Below are positions 9,336 to 18,974 of a stretch of 64,000 nucleotides of DNA, in pieces. This DNA comes from Candidatus Multivoradales bacterium (GTDB taxonomy: Bacteria > Acidobacteriota > Thermoanaerobaculia > Multivoradales > JAHEKO01). The position numbers were made by a program, and so were the translations under genes. The notes beneath the pieces are model-generated. The model saw only the letters and a list, made by a program, of their open reading frames with translations, was not told the DNA's origin and did not search any database. The stretch's first letter is position 1; every line of letters begins with the position of its first letter. Location: positions 544,001 through 608,000 of the forward strand of contig CBDCVR010000014.1 in assembly GCA_965223155.1 (NCBI GenBank). Reading direction: 5' to 3'.

Positions 9336-12300
9336 GTGAAGACTCATCCAGGAACGGTAGTCACAATGGCCCTGTGCACAGTGGCGTTATTCGCGAGTTG
9401 CACTCGAGGCACTGGGACCCTGGGTCGCACGATCCCTCTAGACACTGAGTACCGTCCGATATTGCCTCTGCTCACGGTGCCAGCTCAGCACCGCCCCTGC
9501 TCCAACGCATCTGAAGCGCTTGATCCCTTCCAGGCCCGATGTCCCCAGAGAAGTACTCCTGATCTACGCGGAGCAGAATCGGCTGCAGCCAGGCTGCGGG
9601 CACGCTACGGCGCCTCCAAAGATCCCGACGCCCTGTGGGCTCTCGGCCTTTGGAGGCTCCACTGGCTAGCGGATCGAGATGATTTCGACGCAGCGGTTCG
9701 CTTTCTCCAACAGGCTGCGCAGCTTGATCCGGCGAATGCTCAATTGCAGTCGGATCTGGCGGCTGCGCTCTACGCACGAGGCGAATCCTACGACTCGTTT
9801 GACGATGTCCTCGCGGCACTGGCGAGCTGCGAACGGGCGCTCGAACTCGCCCCTGAGCTTGTAGAGGCAAACCTCAACAAGGCGCTGATCCTCGCTCGCT
9901 TGGGTCTTCATGACCAAGCGACCCAGCTCTTGAGCGAAGTCAGTTCAGGGCGCGCTGACCAACGCTCACACGAGTTCGGTGCGCTAGTGACGGCTATGCG
10001 GGGAGGGGCCGCTTCCCAAGGCCGCGACGCTCAGGACAACAGTGCCCAACCTAGTGATTCCCTCTACGACCGCTGGGAAGACTCGCTACGACGAATGAGT
10101 CGAACACGTCCGAAACAGGGCCGACGGACACACCAGGCCCACTTGCTTGGACGCCGGATTGCCGAGTCTCTTCGAGACGACCTCCCGAGCAAGATTACCG
10201 ACGCCGTCATCCAACACGATGCCAGGAAGAGTGTCCTGGCGTTCTTTGAGGCTCGCGACCGCTACCAGGCTCGGCAAGTCCAGGAGGCCTGCGAGTCGTT
10301 TCACTTTGCTCGAACTGGCCTCGCAGGACAGGGAAATCCTCTAACCCACTGGGTGGACTACTACCTGGCCGTATGCAGTTATTGGCAGGGGGACTACCGA
10401 GACGCGAGCCGACAGCTTCGAGAACTTCGACGTCTTGCAACTGAGCACGGGTTCCTTCGCCTGGGCGCTTACGCCGAGTGGATGATCGGCTTGATCGGAG
10501 CCGCAACGGGCGACCTCGATGGAGCTTTCGCTTCTTACGAGCTTGGGCTTTCAGCATTCGACACCTTGGGCCTAGACGAGGAGGCCGCTTTTCTGGGCGT
10601 TCTGACCGCCGACCTTCTGGGTCAACTCGGCGAACGGACCGAGGCCGGCAACCGACTTCTCAACGCACTCGCGCGAAGCCACGCAGTCAAGAACCCACGC
10701 CGGAAACACGCGCTGTTCGACGAAGCCGCCGAACTTGCACGCCGCATGGCCCAACCGCTAGGCGCGACCTATCTGCAGCGGGAGGCTGTGGCACATGCCC
10801 GAGCCACGGAGGATCCAGTGGCAGTGGCTGAAGCAATGCACAGAAGCGCGACAACACTCGCCGCAATTGGCCAGGTCAGCGCAGCGAGCGAACAGCTTCG
10901 AGCTGCAAGTCGGTGGACAGAGCAAATCACCGACCAACACGCCAGAGGCCTGGTCGAGGCAGGCGTCCTGCTGGCCGAGAGCCGAGTCTTGGAAGGGCCG
11001 GATCCTGAGCGCGTCGATCGCCTGGACCAGGCGATTGACGCGTTCTCCAGCCTCTCGAGCAGGTTCCTGCCCGAGCTGCATTTGGAGCGCGGAAGGCTTC
11101 ATGCCGAACTCGGAAATCCGGAAGCGGCTGAGCAGGATCTTCTAGCTGCCGTCCGACTCTACGAGGTCGCCTTGTCCTCAGTGCCGCTGGGAAGGTTCGT
11201 CGACCCTCTTGCGCGAAATCTTGATATCGCCTTACACGAGCTTGCCGCCTTTCAGCTAACAGAGCTTCGTGATCCTGTTCAGGCCCTGCTGACGAGCGAG
11301 CGCGGGGCCCAGGTGGGTCGCCAGGGGCAGGAAGTCTCCTGCGGTTCGGATAGCTGGATGTCGCCCAAAGGGACCGCGATCATCCGATACTCCGTTATCG
11401 GCGACCAAGTACTCGCTCTCGTCGTTCGCGGCAACAGCCAGAAGATCGTACGCCTACAGGCAACGCCGCAAGACATCTCGAACCTGGCTCGCGAACTGGC
11501 ACCGCAGGCAATTGCTAGCGACAGTGCCCGAGAGGGAGCATTGCGCCGCGCTTGGGCCTTGATGTGGCAACCGCTCGAGGCATTTCTTGCTCCTGCCTCA
11601 ACGGTGCTTGTCAGCGCAACACCTCCGATCGACTCCCTACCCTTTCCGGCATTTCAAGACGAGCAAGGCCGGCCTCTGGCGCATAGATACGCGACCGCAG
11701 CTACGCCCGACATTGGAAGTTGGCTTTGTGGCGGCACTTCCCTAGCGACGAGCATCAACGCGGACGACGGGATCGTGGCCGTTGCGGATCCGGAGATCCA
11801 CAAGGCCCTCTCTTGGCTTCCGCGCCTGCCTTCATCGCTACTGGAGGTCGAGCGCCTATCGGAGCTCTATCCCGAAATCGTCGCGCTCATCGGTTCGGAG
11901 GCAACTCCTGGGCGCCTACAAGCGGAGCTTCCGGGAGCCAACATCCTGCACCTGGCGAGTCACACGGCCCTGCCGTCCGCTGTCGGTGGCGCCTTCGTCC
12001 TCGCACCTGAAGAGCCCGGCTATCCAACGGGCCTGCTACGAGCTGCCGATCTGCACCCGGGCCGCCTGTCGAGACTCCAACTTGTCGTCTTGGCTGCTTG
12101 CAACTCAGGGAAGCGCATCGACTTGGAGGACTATCGCGCAGTTCCTCTCGCGACGCCGTTCGTGAGGGCGGCGGTGCCTTTCGTGCTGGTTAGCATCGGC
12201 AGTCTCCAAGATGCAGAGGCGGCCGAATTCATGTACCAGTTCTACAGGGAGCTTCGATCGGATGTCTCCCCAATCGAGGCTCTTCGGCGTGTTCAATTGC

Positions 12301-12386
12301 GAGCCTTCACGGAGAGTCCACGGCCCTCCAACGAATGGCATCTCCAGCTAGTGGTCTCACCATCCAAGGAAAGGAGCTCAATGTGA
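9336..12386 (+). CDS. TPR-repeat + CHAT (caspase-like) protease, possible lipoprotein
   Basis: TPR-like helices; CHAT catalytic motifs ILHLASH and LVVLAACNSG; LFASC lipobox-like N-terminus. Start uncertain (9222, 9336 or 9366). Confidence 0.9.
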   Translation: MKTHPGTVVTMALCTVALFASCTRGTGTLGRTIPLDTEYRPILPLLTVPAQHRPCSNASEALDPFQARCPQRSTPDLRGAESAAARLRARYGASKDPDALWALGLWRLHWLADRDDFDAAVRFLQQAAQLDPANAQLQSDLAAALYARGESYDSFDDVLAALASCERALELAPELVEANLNKALILARLGLHDQATQLLSEVSSGRADQRSHEFGALVTAMRGGAASQGRDAQDNSAQPSDSLYDRWEDSLRRMSRTRPKQGRRTHQAHLLGRRIAESLRDDLPSKITDAVIQHDARKSVLAFFEARDRYQARQVQEACESFHFARTGLAGQGNPLTHWVDYYLAVCSYWQGDYRDASRQLRELRRLATEHGFLRLGAYAEWMIGLIGAATGDLDGAFASYELGLSAFDTLGLDEEAAFLGVLTADLLGQLGERTEAGNRLLNALARSHAVKNPRRKHALFDEAAELARRMAQPLGATYLQREAVAHARATEDPVAVAEAMHRSATTLAAIGQVSAASEQLRAASRWTEQITDQHARGLVEAGVLLAESRVLEGPDPERVDRLDQAIDAFSSLSSRFLPELHLERGRLHAELGNPEAAEQDLLAAVRLYEVALSSVPLGRFVDPLARNLDIALHELAAFQLTELRDPVQALLTSERGAQVGRQGQEVSCGSDSWMSPKGTAIIRYSVIGDQVLALVVRGNSQKIVRLQATPQDISNLARELAPQAIASDSAREGALRRAWALMWQPLEAFLAPASTVLVSATPPIDSLPFPAFQDEQGRPLAHRYATAATPDIGSWLCGGTSLATSINADDGIVAVADPEIHKALSWLPRLPSSLLEVERLSELYPEIVALIGSEATPGRLQAELPGANILHLASHTALPSAVGGAFVLAPEEPGYPTGLLRAADLHPGRLSRLQLVVLAACNSGKRIDLEDYRAVPLATPFVRAAVPFVLVSIGSLQDAEAAEFMYQFYRELRSDVSPIEALRRVQLRAFTESPRPSNEWHLQLVVSPSKERSSM

Positions 12387-13231
12387 TCAAGAAAGCGAAC
12401 AAGGGATCGAAGCTTACGATTGACTTCGTCGGACTCTTCGCGTTCGTACAAGTCGAGGACGCGATAGTGGTGCTAGGAATGGCACCTCATCGATTCCTTA
12501 GTCTCGGGCTGTGCAAGCACGACCCAGTGGTGATTTTTCAATATCCAGCGCTCCGGACGGCAGACGAAGCGCGATCTCACTGGAGCTTCTCCACCTTCTT
12601 CCAGGACACGAAGAACCCCAATGGGAAACATCAGGCGCTCGGCGTTTGGCCTCTGGAAGGCAAAGAGCTCAGCATCCAAGATGCTCCCAACACCTGCCCA
12701 AACATCGATTCCACCGAGATTTTCGAGTTGGACATCAAGGGCCCTGTCGATCTGGCCAAGTGGCTCTCATCTACTCTTCCCCAAGGACTTGGCTGCAGAT
12801 GGATCCTGCAAGGCGGACGACTCTCCGTTCCTACTTTGACCGACGAAGATTGGTACTTGTATCCGAAGGATGACGCTAGTGGCCCCAAGGTGAGTCCTTT
12901 CGCGCAAGTGGTCCGCTGGGAACTCGTCCGTGAAGAAGAAAATACGACCGCAATCATCACGGCCCGGACGAACTCGTCCGGACGAAGCGAAAGACTCGCC
13001 ATCAAGCCCGACGGACAGATCGCCGCCAGCAATCTCTGTCCCTTCGACTCCGCTGCGGCAAACAAGTCCTTCGATCCCGACATCAGCGCCTACTACGAGC
13101 TCACCAGGAGACCCCTCCCGGCGAAGCAGAGATCAGTTTTGCATAAACGGCCCACCGGGGGTGGAATGCCGACCCGACCCAACCTGAGCGCCTGTCCACC
13201 GGTGCTCTTCCGCATCGCTTCGAAGAACTAG
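12383..13231 (+). CDS. Hypothetical protein translationally coupled to the CHAT protease
   Basis: GTG start overlaps the CHAT stop (ATGTGA) after an AAGGAG RBS; beta-rich; motifs LTIDFVGLFAFV, HDP, YYEL and C-terminal CPP. Confidence 0.8.
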   Translation: MIKKANKGSKLTIDFVGLFAFVQVEDAIVVLGMAPHRFLSLGLCKHDPVVIFQYPALRTADEARSHWSFSTFFQDTKNPNGKHQALGVWPLEGKELSIQDAPNTCPNIDSTEIFELDIKGPVDLAKWLSSTLPQGLGCRWILQGGRLSVPTLTDEDWYLYPKDDASGPKVSPFAQVVRWELVREEENTTAIITARTNSSGRSERLAIKPDGQIAASNLCPFDSAAANKSFDPDISAYYELTRRPLPAKQRSVLHKRPTGGGMPTRPNLSACPPVLFRIASKN

Positions 13232-13236
13232 AACAG

Positions 13237-14076
13237 ATGACGCGAAGACTTCGAATCGCCACAATCGTAGCTGTTCCGCTGACCATTGGCCTACTCGCTC
13301 TTGGGCGCGGAGGCGAGCCGCAGGAGGTCCCCATGAGCGAATCCGACACGCTGTCCTTCGCCCCGATTGAAGATCTACGCGAAGACTTCCGCGTAGTGGA
13401 CCCCGATGGCGTTCTTGACTCGAGTGCTTGGCCGCCAGAAGCGCTCATCAATCTCAACCCTTTGGCTTCTATGGTCGCCGTCGGGCCCAAGGTCGCGCTG
13501 AGCGCAGCCCATGTATTCTGGAAGCCGGACAAGATACTTCTTCCGAAGATTGGGGGAGTCACAGGCAGTTGCGATTTGCACCCCGACTACATGGAGCTAC
13601 GAAAGGAGTGCTCCGCCTGTACGGGGAGCTGCTCCCACTGCGATCCCGATGCGCAGGCTGCCGTCGATGTTGCCATCTGCTCCTCTAGCGAGTGGGATCT
13701 TGAGCCTGTAGCCGTTTCTCTTGATGCCTACATCGACAAGGGCGACACCCTCGTCTTGAGCGGTTTCGGCTGCACAGAGTGCAAGGGCGTCGTTGCGCTG
13801 GATCTCGAGTTCTCGTACGGAAAGGCAACAGTCTACTCCACGAATGGCGTCGGCAAGACGAAGGGAGGTTCCGCTCTCTGCGCTTCGGACAGCGGCGGAG
13901 GCGTCTACCAACTCTCCAAGGACACCAAGGGCAAGGTTGTTGGTATCGGCTCTGGATTGATTGATTGCAAGAACAGAACCTCGCGAGTTGCGCTTTTGGG
14001 CCATGCCCTGAACCGAAAGTGGATCGAGGCCTGGGCAGACGAGCACGAGGAGATTCTTGGAGTCAACCTCGACTGA
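13237..14076 (+). CDS. Secreted trypsin-like (S1) serine protease
   Basis: Signal anchor; LSAAHV (His), DVAI (Asp), CASDSGGG (Ser); Cys-rich insert CSACTGSCSHC. Confidence 0.8.
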   Translation: MTRRLRIATIVAVPLTIGLLALGRGGEPQEVPMSESDTLSFAPIEDLREDFRVVDPDGVLDSSAWPPEALINLNPLASMVAVGPKVALSAAHVFWKPDKILLPKIGGVTGSCDLHPDYMELRKECSACTGSCSHCDPDAQAAVDVAICSSSEWDLEPVAVSLDAYIDKGDTLVLSGFGCTECKGVVALDLEFSYGKATVYSTNGVGKTKGGSALCASDSGGGVYQLSKDTKGKVVGIGSGLIDCKNRTSRVALLGHALNRKWIEAWADEHEEILGVNLD

Positions 14077-14286
14077 TCGGCTGACCCTCGTTCATTCCCG
14101 TCGACTGATGGCTGCCAAGCCATCCACCCTTCGGCGGACCCCGGGGCCCGGCCCACGCTTCACCACCTCGCGGATCAGAACCACTCCCCCGGAATTCCGC
14201 CAACGCGTCCGTCCAGTCCTCTAGCTACCCGACGCCGGGCCGGCCGAAGGCGCCGGCGCGGAACGCCGACTAGAGAGGAGGGCCAC

Positions 14287-15078
14287 GTGCCAAACTTGAC
14301 CTGGAAGCAGAAGCGTCAGCTTCTCAAGTTCTTCGCCCCGTCCATCAAGCAGCATCCGGACTGGCCGGTGGTGATCAGCGAAGGAGATTCGTGGTTCTCC
14401 TTCCCGGCCCACCACAACGTGATCGATCATCTCGACACGATGGCCGGACGCAGTATCTCGCTGCTGCGCCTCGAACGAAGTGGTGACGAGCTACTTTCGA
14501 TCTTGCACGGGAAACAGACAACCAAGCTGGCCAAGCGCTTGCGCGACTTCCCTGTCCAGGCGCTTCTCTTGAGCGGAGGCGGCAACGACATCCTCGGGGC
14601 CGGCTTCGGCGAACTCCTCAAAGATGTGCCGACCGGAAGCGGCGAGCAGTTCCTCGACAAGCCCCTGGCTCGCTGCCGCATCCAGCAATTGAAGTACGCC
14701 TATCTGGAGCTCGCCAGGATTCGAGACCGCAACCGCCCCGGCTGCGTCATCTACGCTCATGGCTACGACTACGCCATCCCCTCCGGCAAGCCTGCCAAGA
14801 TGTGGGGACTCAAGTTTGGGCCCTGGCTCAAACCGCACTTCGATAAGCACGGCGCTTCAGCCGAGGACGGCCGGCTGATCATCCGCTGGCTGATCGACGA
14901 GTTCAACAAGATGCTCGAATCGGTCGCGGACCGCGCGACGGACTTCGTCCACGTGGATCACCGAGGCACGCTCTCCGCGACGGATTGGAACGACGAGATC
15001 CACCCGAAACGAGCAGCGTTCCGCAAGATCGCCGAGAACTTCGCCAAGCCGCTTCGCGGCCAGTTCGGTTCCTGGTAG
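14287..15078 (+). CDS. SGNH/GDSL-like hydrolase
   Basis: EGDSWF, SGGGND and DEIHP blocks; GAGGAG RBS. Confidence 0.85.
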   Translation: MPNLTWKQKRQLLKFFAPSIKQHPDWPVVISEGDSWFSFPAHHNVIDHLDTMAGRSISLLRLERSGDELLSILHGKQTTKLAKRLRDFPVQALLLSGGGNDILGAGFGELLKDVPTGSGEQFLDKPLARCRIQQLKYAYLELARIRDRNRPGCVIYAHGYDYAIPSGKPAKMWGLKFGPWLKPHFDKHGASAEDGRLIIRWLIDEFNKMLESVADRATDFVHVDHRGTLSATDWNDEIHPKRAAFRKIAENFAKPLRGQFGSW

Positions 15079-15206
15079 AGGGCACGGTCGCTCCCGGCGC
15101 ACCCTTCGAGAGGTCTGGGCCGCAAGGCTAGCCTCGCCCACGAGCCGCCCACTCGAAATGGTAAGGTTCTGACAAAGTTCATCGGATCCATTTGGAGGAA
15201 CGGGTC

Positions 15207-17531
15207 ATGGAAGTGAGCTCGCACCTGCGAGAGCCAGCGGCTGCCGTAGGCTCCACAATTCAACGTCACCTCCTGACGCTTATTACCGGCGTGCTGGGGT
15301 TCTGCACACTGTTCTGGATCCCACAGGTTCACAACCTCCTGTTCGAGCTTCCTTCTGCGATCAAGGACGGAGAGTTCGAAGTTCGGCTGGCTTGGTTCGG
15401 TTTTCTTACGGTCGCCATCTTCTTCGACGTCAACCTTCTGAAGCTGATCGACCCGGTGCGGGACAGTTTCAAGGGGCCCATCCGTACGCTTTCTCGATCG
15501 CCGGTCCTGGCCGGATGGATCGTGTCGGGAGGATTCGTTCTGATCGCCTTCACACTTTTCTTCCTGACCGCAGATCCGAGCCACGGCAGCCATCGGCACG
15601 GCCTCGTGAATGCCGCTCGCCTCTACTTGCCCATCCTTCTCCTAGTCGCCGCGGCGATTTGTGCGCCGATCCGGCATCACTTGTCGAAGGTTCCCTTTCC
15701 CGGCGGCGCTCGAAAGCGAGAGACCTTGCTGCGCCTCTTTGTGGCCGTCGCCGGACTCTACTTCGCCGGATGGGCTGTCTGGGGTCTGGCCGATAACGTC
15801 TCGTGGATCACCTACCGCACCTACTCGATCTGGGCCTTACTCCAGCTTGTCTTCATGTTGGTTGCCGTCGGCCGCGCCCTAGATGTTCTCTCCTCATCGG
15901 GCTTTGCGTTGGCTCGCCCCCTAGCCTTGGGCGTAGCCCTTCTCCTGCCGTTTTCCTGGAAACCGACCGCCATCGGGACGCCGGCGGCTTCGGCAACCCC
16001 GCAAACCGCAGTCGGAGCTACTCCGAGCCACGAAACCGAAGATTCCCGGCCGGCCGCCTCACTCGCCACACGATGGTTCGACGCAATCGACAGGAAGCTC
16101 GACTCGCTGCCGCCGAACGGCCCGGCCGTCGTTGTGGCCGCCAGCGGCGGCGGATCTCGTGCCGCCCTATTCAGCGCTCTGGTCTTCGAGTCGCTGCGCC
16201 GAACCGAAATCGAAGGCGCTTCGCTCGCGGACCGGATACTACTGATCAGCAGCGTCTCCGGAGGGAGTCTCGCGAGCAGCTACTTCGCGACTCAAACCGA
16301 CCTGCGGAAACGAACCGGCAGCGGAGGGCCCTATTCCTGGCAGCACAGTCGCGCAGAGGACCAGCACAAAAGGGTGCGCCAGGAGGCGCCGGCCCTTGTT
16401 GCCAGGGCCGCGGACGCAAGCCTGAGCAACGCGTTCCAAGAGCTCGCCGACTCTCCAGCGCCCTTGCCAGATTGGGTCCTCCAGAGCCGGTTCGTGGACG
16501 AGATGAATACGGACTTCATTGCCCCGATCCTGGTTGGAATTCTGGACCCGAGACAACGGCGTGGCCAGAGCCTCAGCAGGTTCTGGGAGCGAGAATTCGA
16601 GTGGTCGGAGTTCTCCACCAGCAGCGACATCCGACTCGGTCCGGACCTACCTCCGCCACCCCTCCTGATACTGAATGCAACGGCGGTCGAGTTCGGGACC
16701 AGGTTGGCGATCGGATTTCCACCACTACCGCCAGGCCTCCTTGCGAGCCGAAACGCTCACCTCGACAAATCGGAGCGTCCCACCTCCCTGAGCGACCACG
16801 GCGCCTACGAGATTTCCCTTGCCGACGCCGTCCGACTGTCGGCGAGTTTCCCTTGGAGCGTGCCAGTCGGGCGTCTCACACTCGAGAGTGCCCGTCACAT
16901 TCTCGACGGTGGCGTTCTCGACGTTACCGGCCTAGACACGCTGACAGGTGTGCTTGCCGGGCTCGACGCTTGGAGCAAGGAGGACGGTGGTGATCCTCTT
17001 GACTTGGAGCTTCAGCGGCGAGCCTCGTCGATCACCGAAAAACTCCAGGCAAGAGGAATAGTGGTTGTCGTGATCGACTCCGGCGCTCAGCCATCCTCCA
17101 AAGGCGAGCCCGCCGGCAGGCTGGGCGAAGTGATCAATCCCGTCCATGCCCTTCGCAGGAGCGCCTTCCTCCGAGCGGCGGAAGACAAGCAGGCCCATCT
17201 CGACGACCTCGAGAAGCTGGACTTCGTTTCGTGGCTCGAGTCGTTCCGTTGCGGTGACGACCGCATCATCACCTCTTGGGCTCTCGGTCCCCAAGACAAG
17301 GCTCGCGTCTTCGTGCGCTTCCTCGGCCAGGAGCCGAAGAAGCGTGACGGCTTCCTGGAGAAGATCGAAGCTCATCGGCAAGCCCAAAGACGCGACGAGC
17401 TCCAGGAGTTGATCCAGAAGACAGCGCAGTTGGATCAGGCGTTTCGGAGAGCGTTTGTCCAGATCGATCCGAAGGTTCTTGACCTGGAGCAACCTCTGAT
17501 ACCCATCCAGCCCCTCCCAGAGATTCCGTGA
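15207..17531 (+). CDS. Multi-TM patatin-like phospholipase
   Basis: About 7 N-terminal TM helices; ASGGGSRAA, SSVSGGS and LDGG motifs. Confidence 0.85.
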   Translation: MEVSSHLREPAAAVGSTIQRHLLTLITGVLGFCTLFWIPQVHNLLFELPSAIKDGEFEVRLAWFGFLTVAIFFDVNLLKLIDPVRDSFKGPIRTLSRSPVLAGWIVSGGFVLIAFTLFFLTADPSHGSHRHGLVNAARLYLPILLLVAAAICAPIRHHLSKVPFPGGARKRETLLRLFVAVAGLYFAGWAVWGLADNVSWITYRTYSIWALLQLVFMLVAVGRALDVLSSSGFALARPLALGVALLLPFSWKPTAIGTPAASATPQTAVGATPSHETEDSRPAASLATRWFDAIDRKLDSLPPNGPAVVVAASGGGSRAALFSALVFESLRRTEIEGASLADRILLISSVSGGSLASSYFATQTDLRKRTGSGGPYSWQHSRAEDQHKRVRQEAPALVARAADASLSNAFQELADSPAPLPDWVLQSRFVDEMNTDFIAPILVGILDPRQRRGQSLSRFWEREFEWSEFSTSSDIRLGPDLPPPPLLILNATAVEFGTRLAIGFPPLPPGLLASRNAHLDKSERPTSLSDHGAYEISLADAVRLSASFPWSVPVGRLTLESARHILDGGVLDVTGLDTLTGVLAGLDAWSKEDGGDPLDLELQRRASSITEKLQARGIVVVVIDSGAQPSSKGEPAGRLGEVINPVHALRRSAFLRAAEDKQAHLDDLEKLDFVSWLESFRCGDDRIITSWALGPQDKARVFVRFLGQEPKKRDGFLEKIEAHRQAQRRDELQELIQKTAQLDQAFRRAFVQIDPKVLDLEQPLIPIQPLPEIP

Positions 17532-17673
17532 GTCGGCCCCATCGCACCTCACGGATTGCTACCGCTGCAGTCCATCTGAGTTCATAAGGTTCCCTCGAAA
17601 TACCCCGACAGGCTCCGTGCCTCGAAAACCACAGTCGAGCGACTGGAATCTAGAAAGCCCCTCGCCCGCCGGC

Positions 17674-17747
17674 GAAATAGGGTGACAGGATACCTATCTC
17701 CTGCAGCCGGCCAACCGGAGAAATAGGTATCCTGTCACCCTATTTCT
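17674..17747. repeat. REP-like hairpin doublet (two inverted copies)
   Basis: GAAATAGGGTGACAGGATACCTAT and its exact 24-bp reverse complement. Each copy is itself a hairpin with loop GTGACAGGATA; located between convergent genes. Confidence 0.9.
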
Positions 17748-18946
17748 GGGCACTCCGCGACGAAGGGCTCGGTCACGAGGACTTCGACCGGAACGCCATC
17801 GATCGCGGCTGGAACCTGAAGCAGGGCCTCCGGAGCCCGGGTGGAAACGAAGACTTTGAACGCTGTCTCCGCGTCGCGATCACCGGCGCCGATGCCCATG
17901 CCGAGCACTCCTGGGATCGCGAGGATCCCGTCTTCGGTGCGCTTCTGGATCGCTTCGAGCTTCCTCATCGCCCGGTGGCGCAACCGTGCTTCGCGGTCAA
18001 CGGCAAGGGTCGCCGACTCCGGCTCGGGCTCGGCGCTACAGCCCACCAGCGAAACCTTGCCCCGCGGCTTCACACCCCGAAGCGCCTTGAGCACGCCGTT
18101 CATGGGCGACACCAGAGTGACCTTGGTGCCGAGCAGCGTGCGCGCGCCGGCGAACAAGAGGCCAACCGCCGCCGGGCAGCGCTTCCGATCCACGTAGACG
18201 ACGGCGCCCGAGTCACCCGGCTCACTGAAGGGCTTGTCTCTACGGCCAAAGATGACCATCTGGTTCGTGAACCGGGCGTCCTTGGTTTCCTCGGATCCAC
18301 ACTCAACCGACATTCCGACCGTGACGCTGACATTCAAGGCCTCCACCGTGCCGCGCGTCAAGCCGCTGGTGCGGCCGCTCTTCTTGACCGCCAATCCGAC
18401 CTTGGGCGGCACAACGCCTGTACCCGGAACGCCAATACCGACGATGTGGCCGTTCGACTTCACCATGCCGTCCCGCACCTGAGCCAGAGCCGCGTCCGCC
18501 TTGTTGCGTCCACCGCCGAACTTTATCTTCTTGAACTGATAGAGGTCGGCTACAAGATCGTTTTCCGCCACCCGGCAGCCCGAGTCGATCATGCCGGGCT
18601 GGCTGATCGCCTCGCCGGCGCGCGCCTGGTTCCTGCGGGCAATCACGTGGTTGTTCGAGAGAATGTGCAGCAAGCCGTTCTTCTCGACAAGCGCCCCAAG
18701 GGTGCCCGAACAGCACGCCACGAAGGAGATGTTCTCGACATTGCCTCCCGAGGTGCCCAGGCTGACCGGAGGCTTCTGGTTCTTCTGATGCCTCTTGGGC
18801 CCCGCCGCGGCCTGTGGCGCTGTCGCGGTCAGAGCAACGACAGCAGCCAGGGCGATAGCAACGCCTCGGGCCGAGGCCACCGCCCAAGGCCTCGCCTGCC
18901 GGCCTTGCGACTCTCGAAGCTGCGTTGGAAGCTCAGCACAACGCAT
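17735..18946 (-). CDS. Secreted trypsin-like serine protease with C-terminal accessory domain
   Basis: GTLGALV, SNNHV, DAALA, KSGRTSGLT and PGDSGA motifs; signal peptide. Confidence 0.85.
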   Translation of the reverse strand: MRCAELPTQLRESQGRQARPWAVASARGVAIALAAVVALTATAPQAAAGPKRHQKNQKPPVSLGTSGGNVENISFVACCSGTLGALVEKNGLLHILSNNHVIARRNQARAGEAISQPGMIDSGCRVAENDLVADLYQFKKIKFGGGRNKADAALAQVRDGMVKSNGHIVGIGVPGTGVVPPKVGLAVKKSGRTSGLTRGTVEALNVSVTVGMSVECGSEETKDARFTNQMVIFGRRDKPFSEPGDSGAVVYVDRKRCPAAVGLLFAGARTLLGTKVTLVSPMNGVLKALRGVKPRGKVSLVGCSAEPEPESATLAVDREARLRHRAMRKLEAIQKRTEDGILAIPGVLGMGIGAGDRDAETAFKVFVSTRAPEALLQVPAAIDGVPVEVLVTEPFVAECPEIG

Positions 18947-18974
18947 GGTCTGATTGTACAGAATCCTGGAGAAC

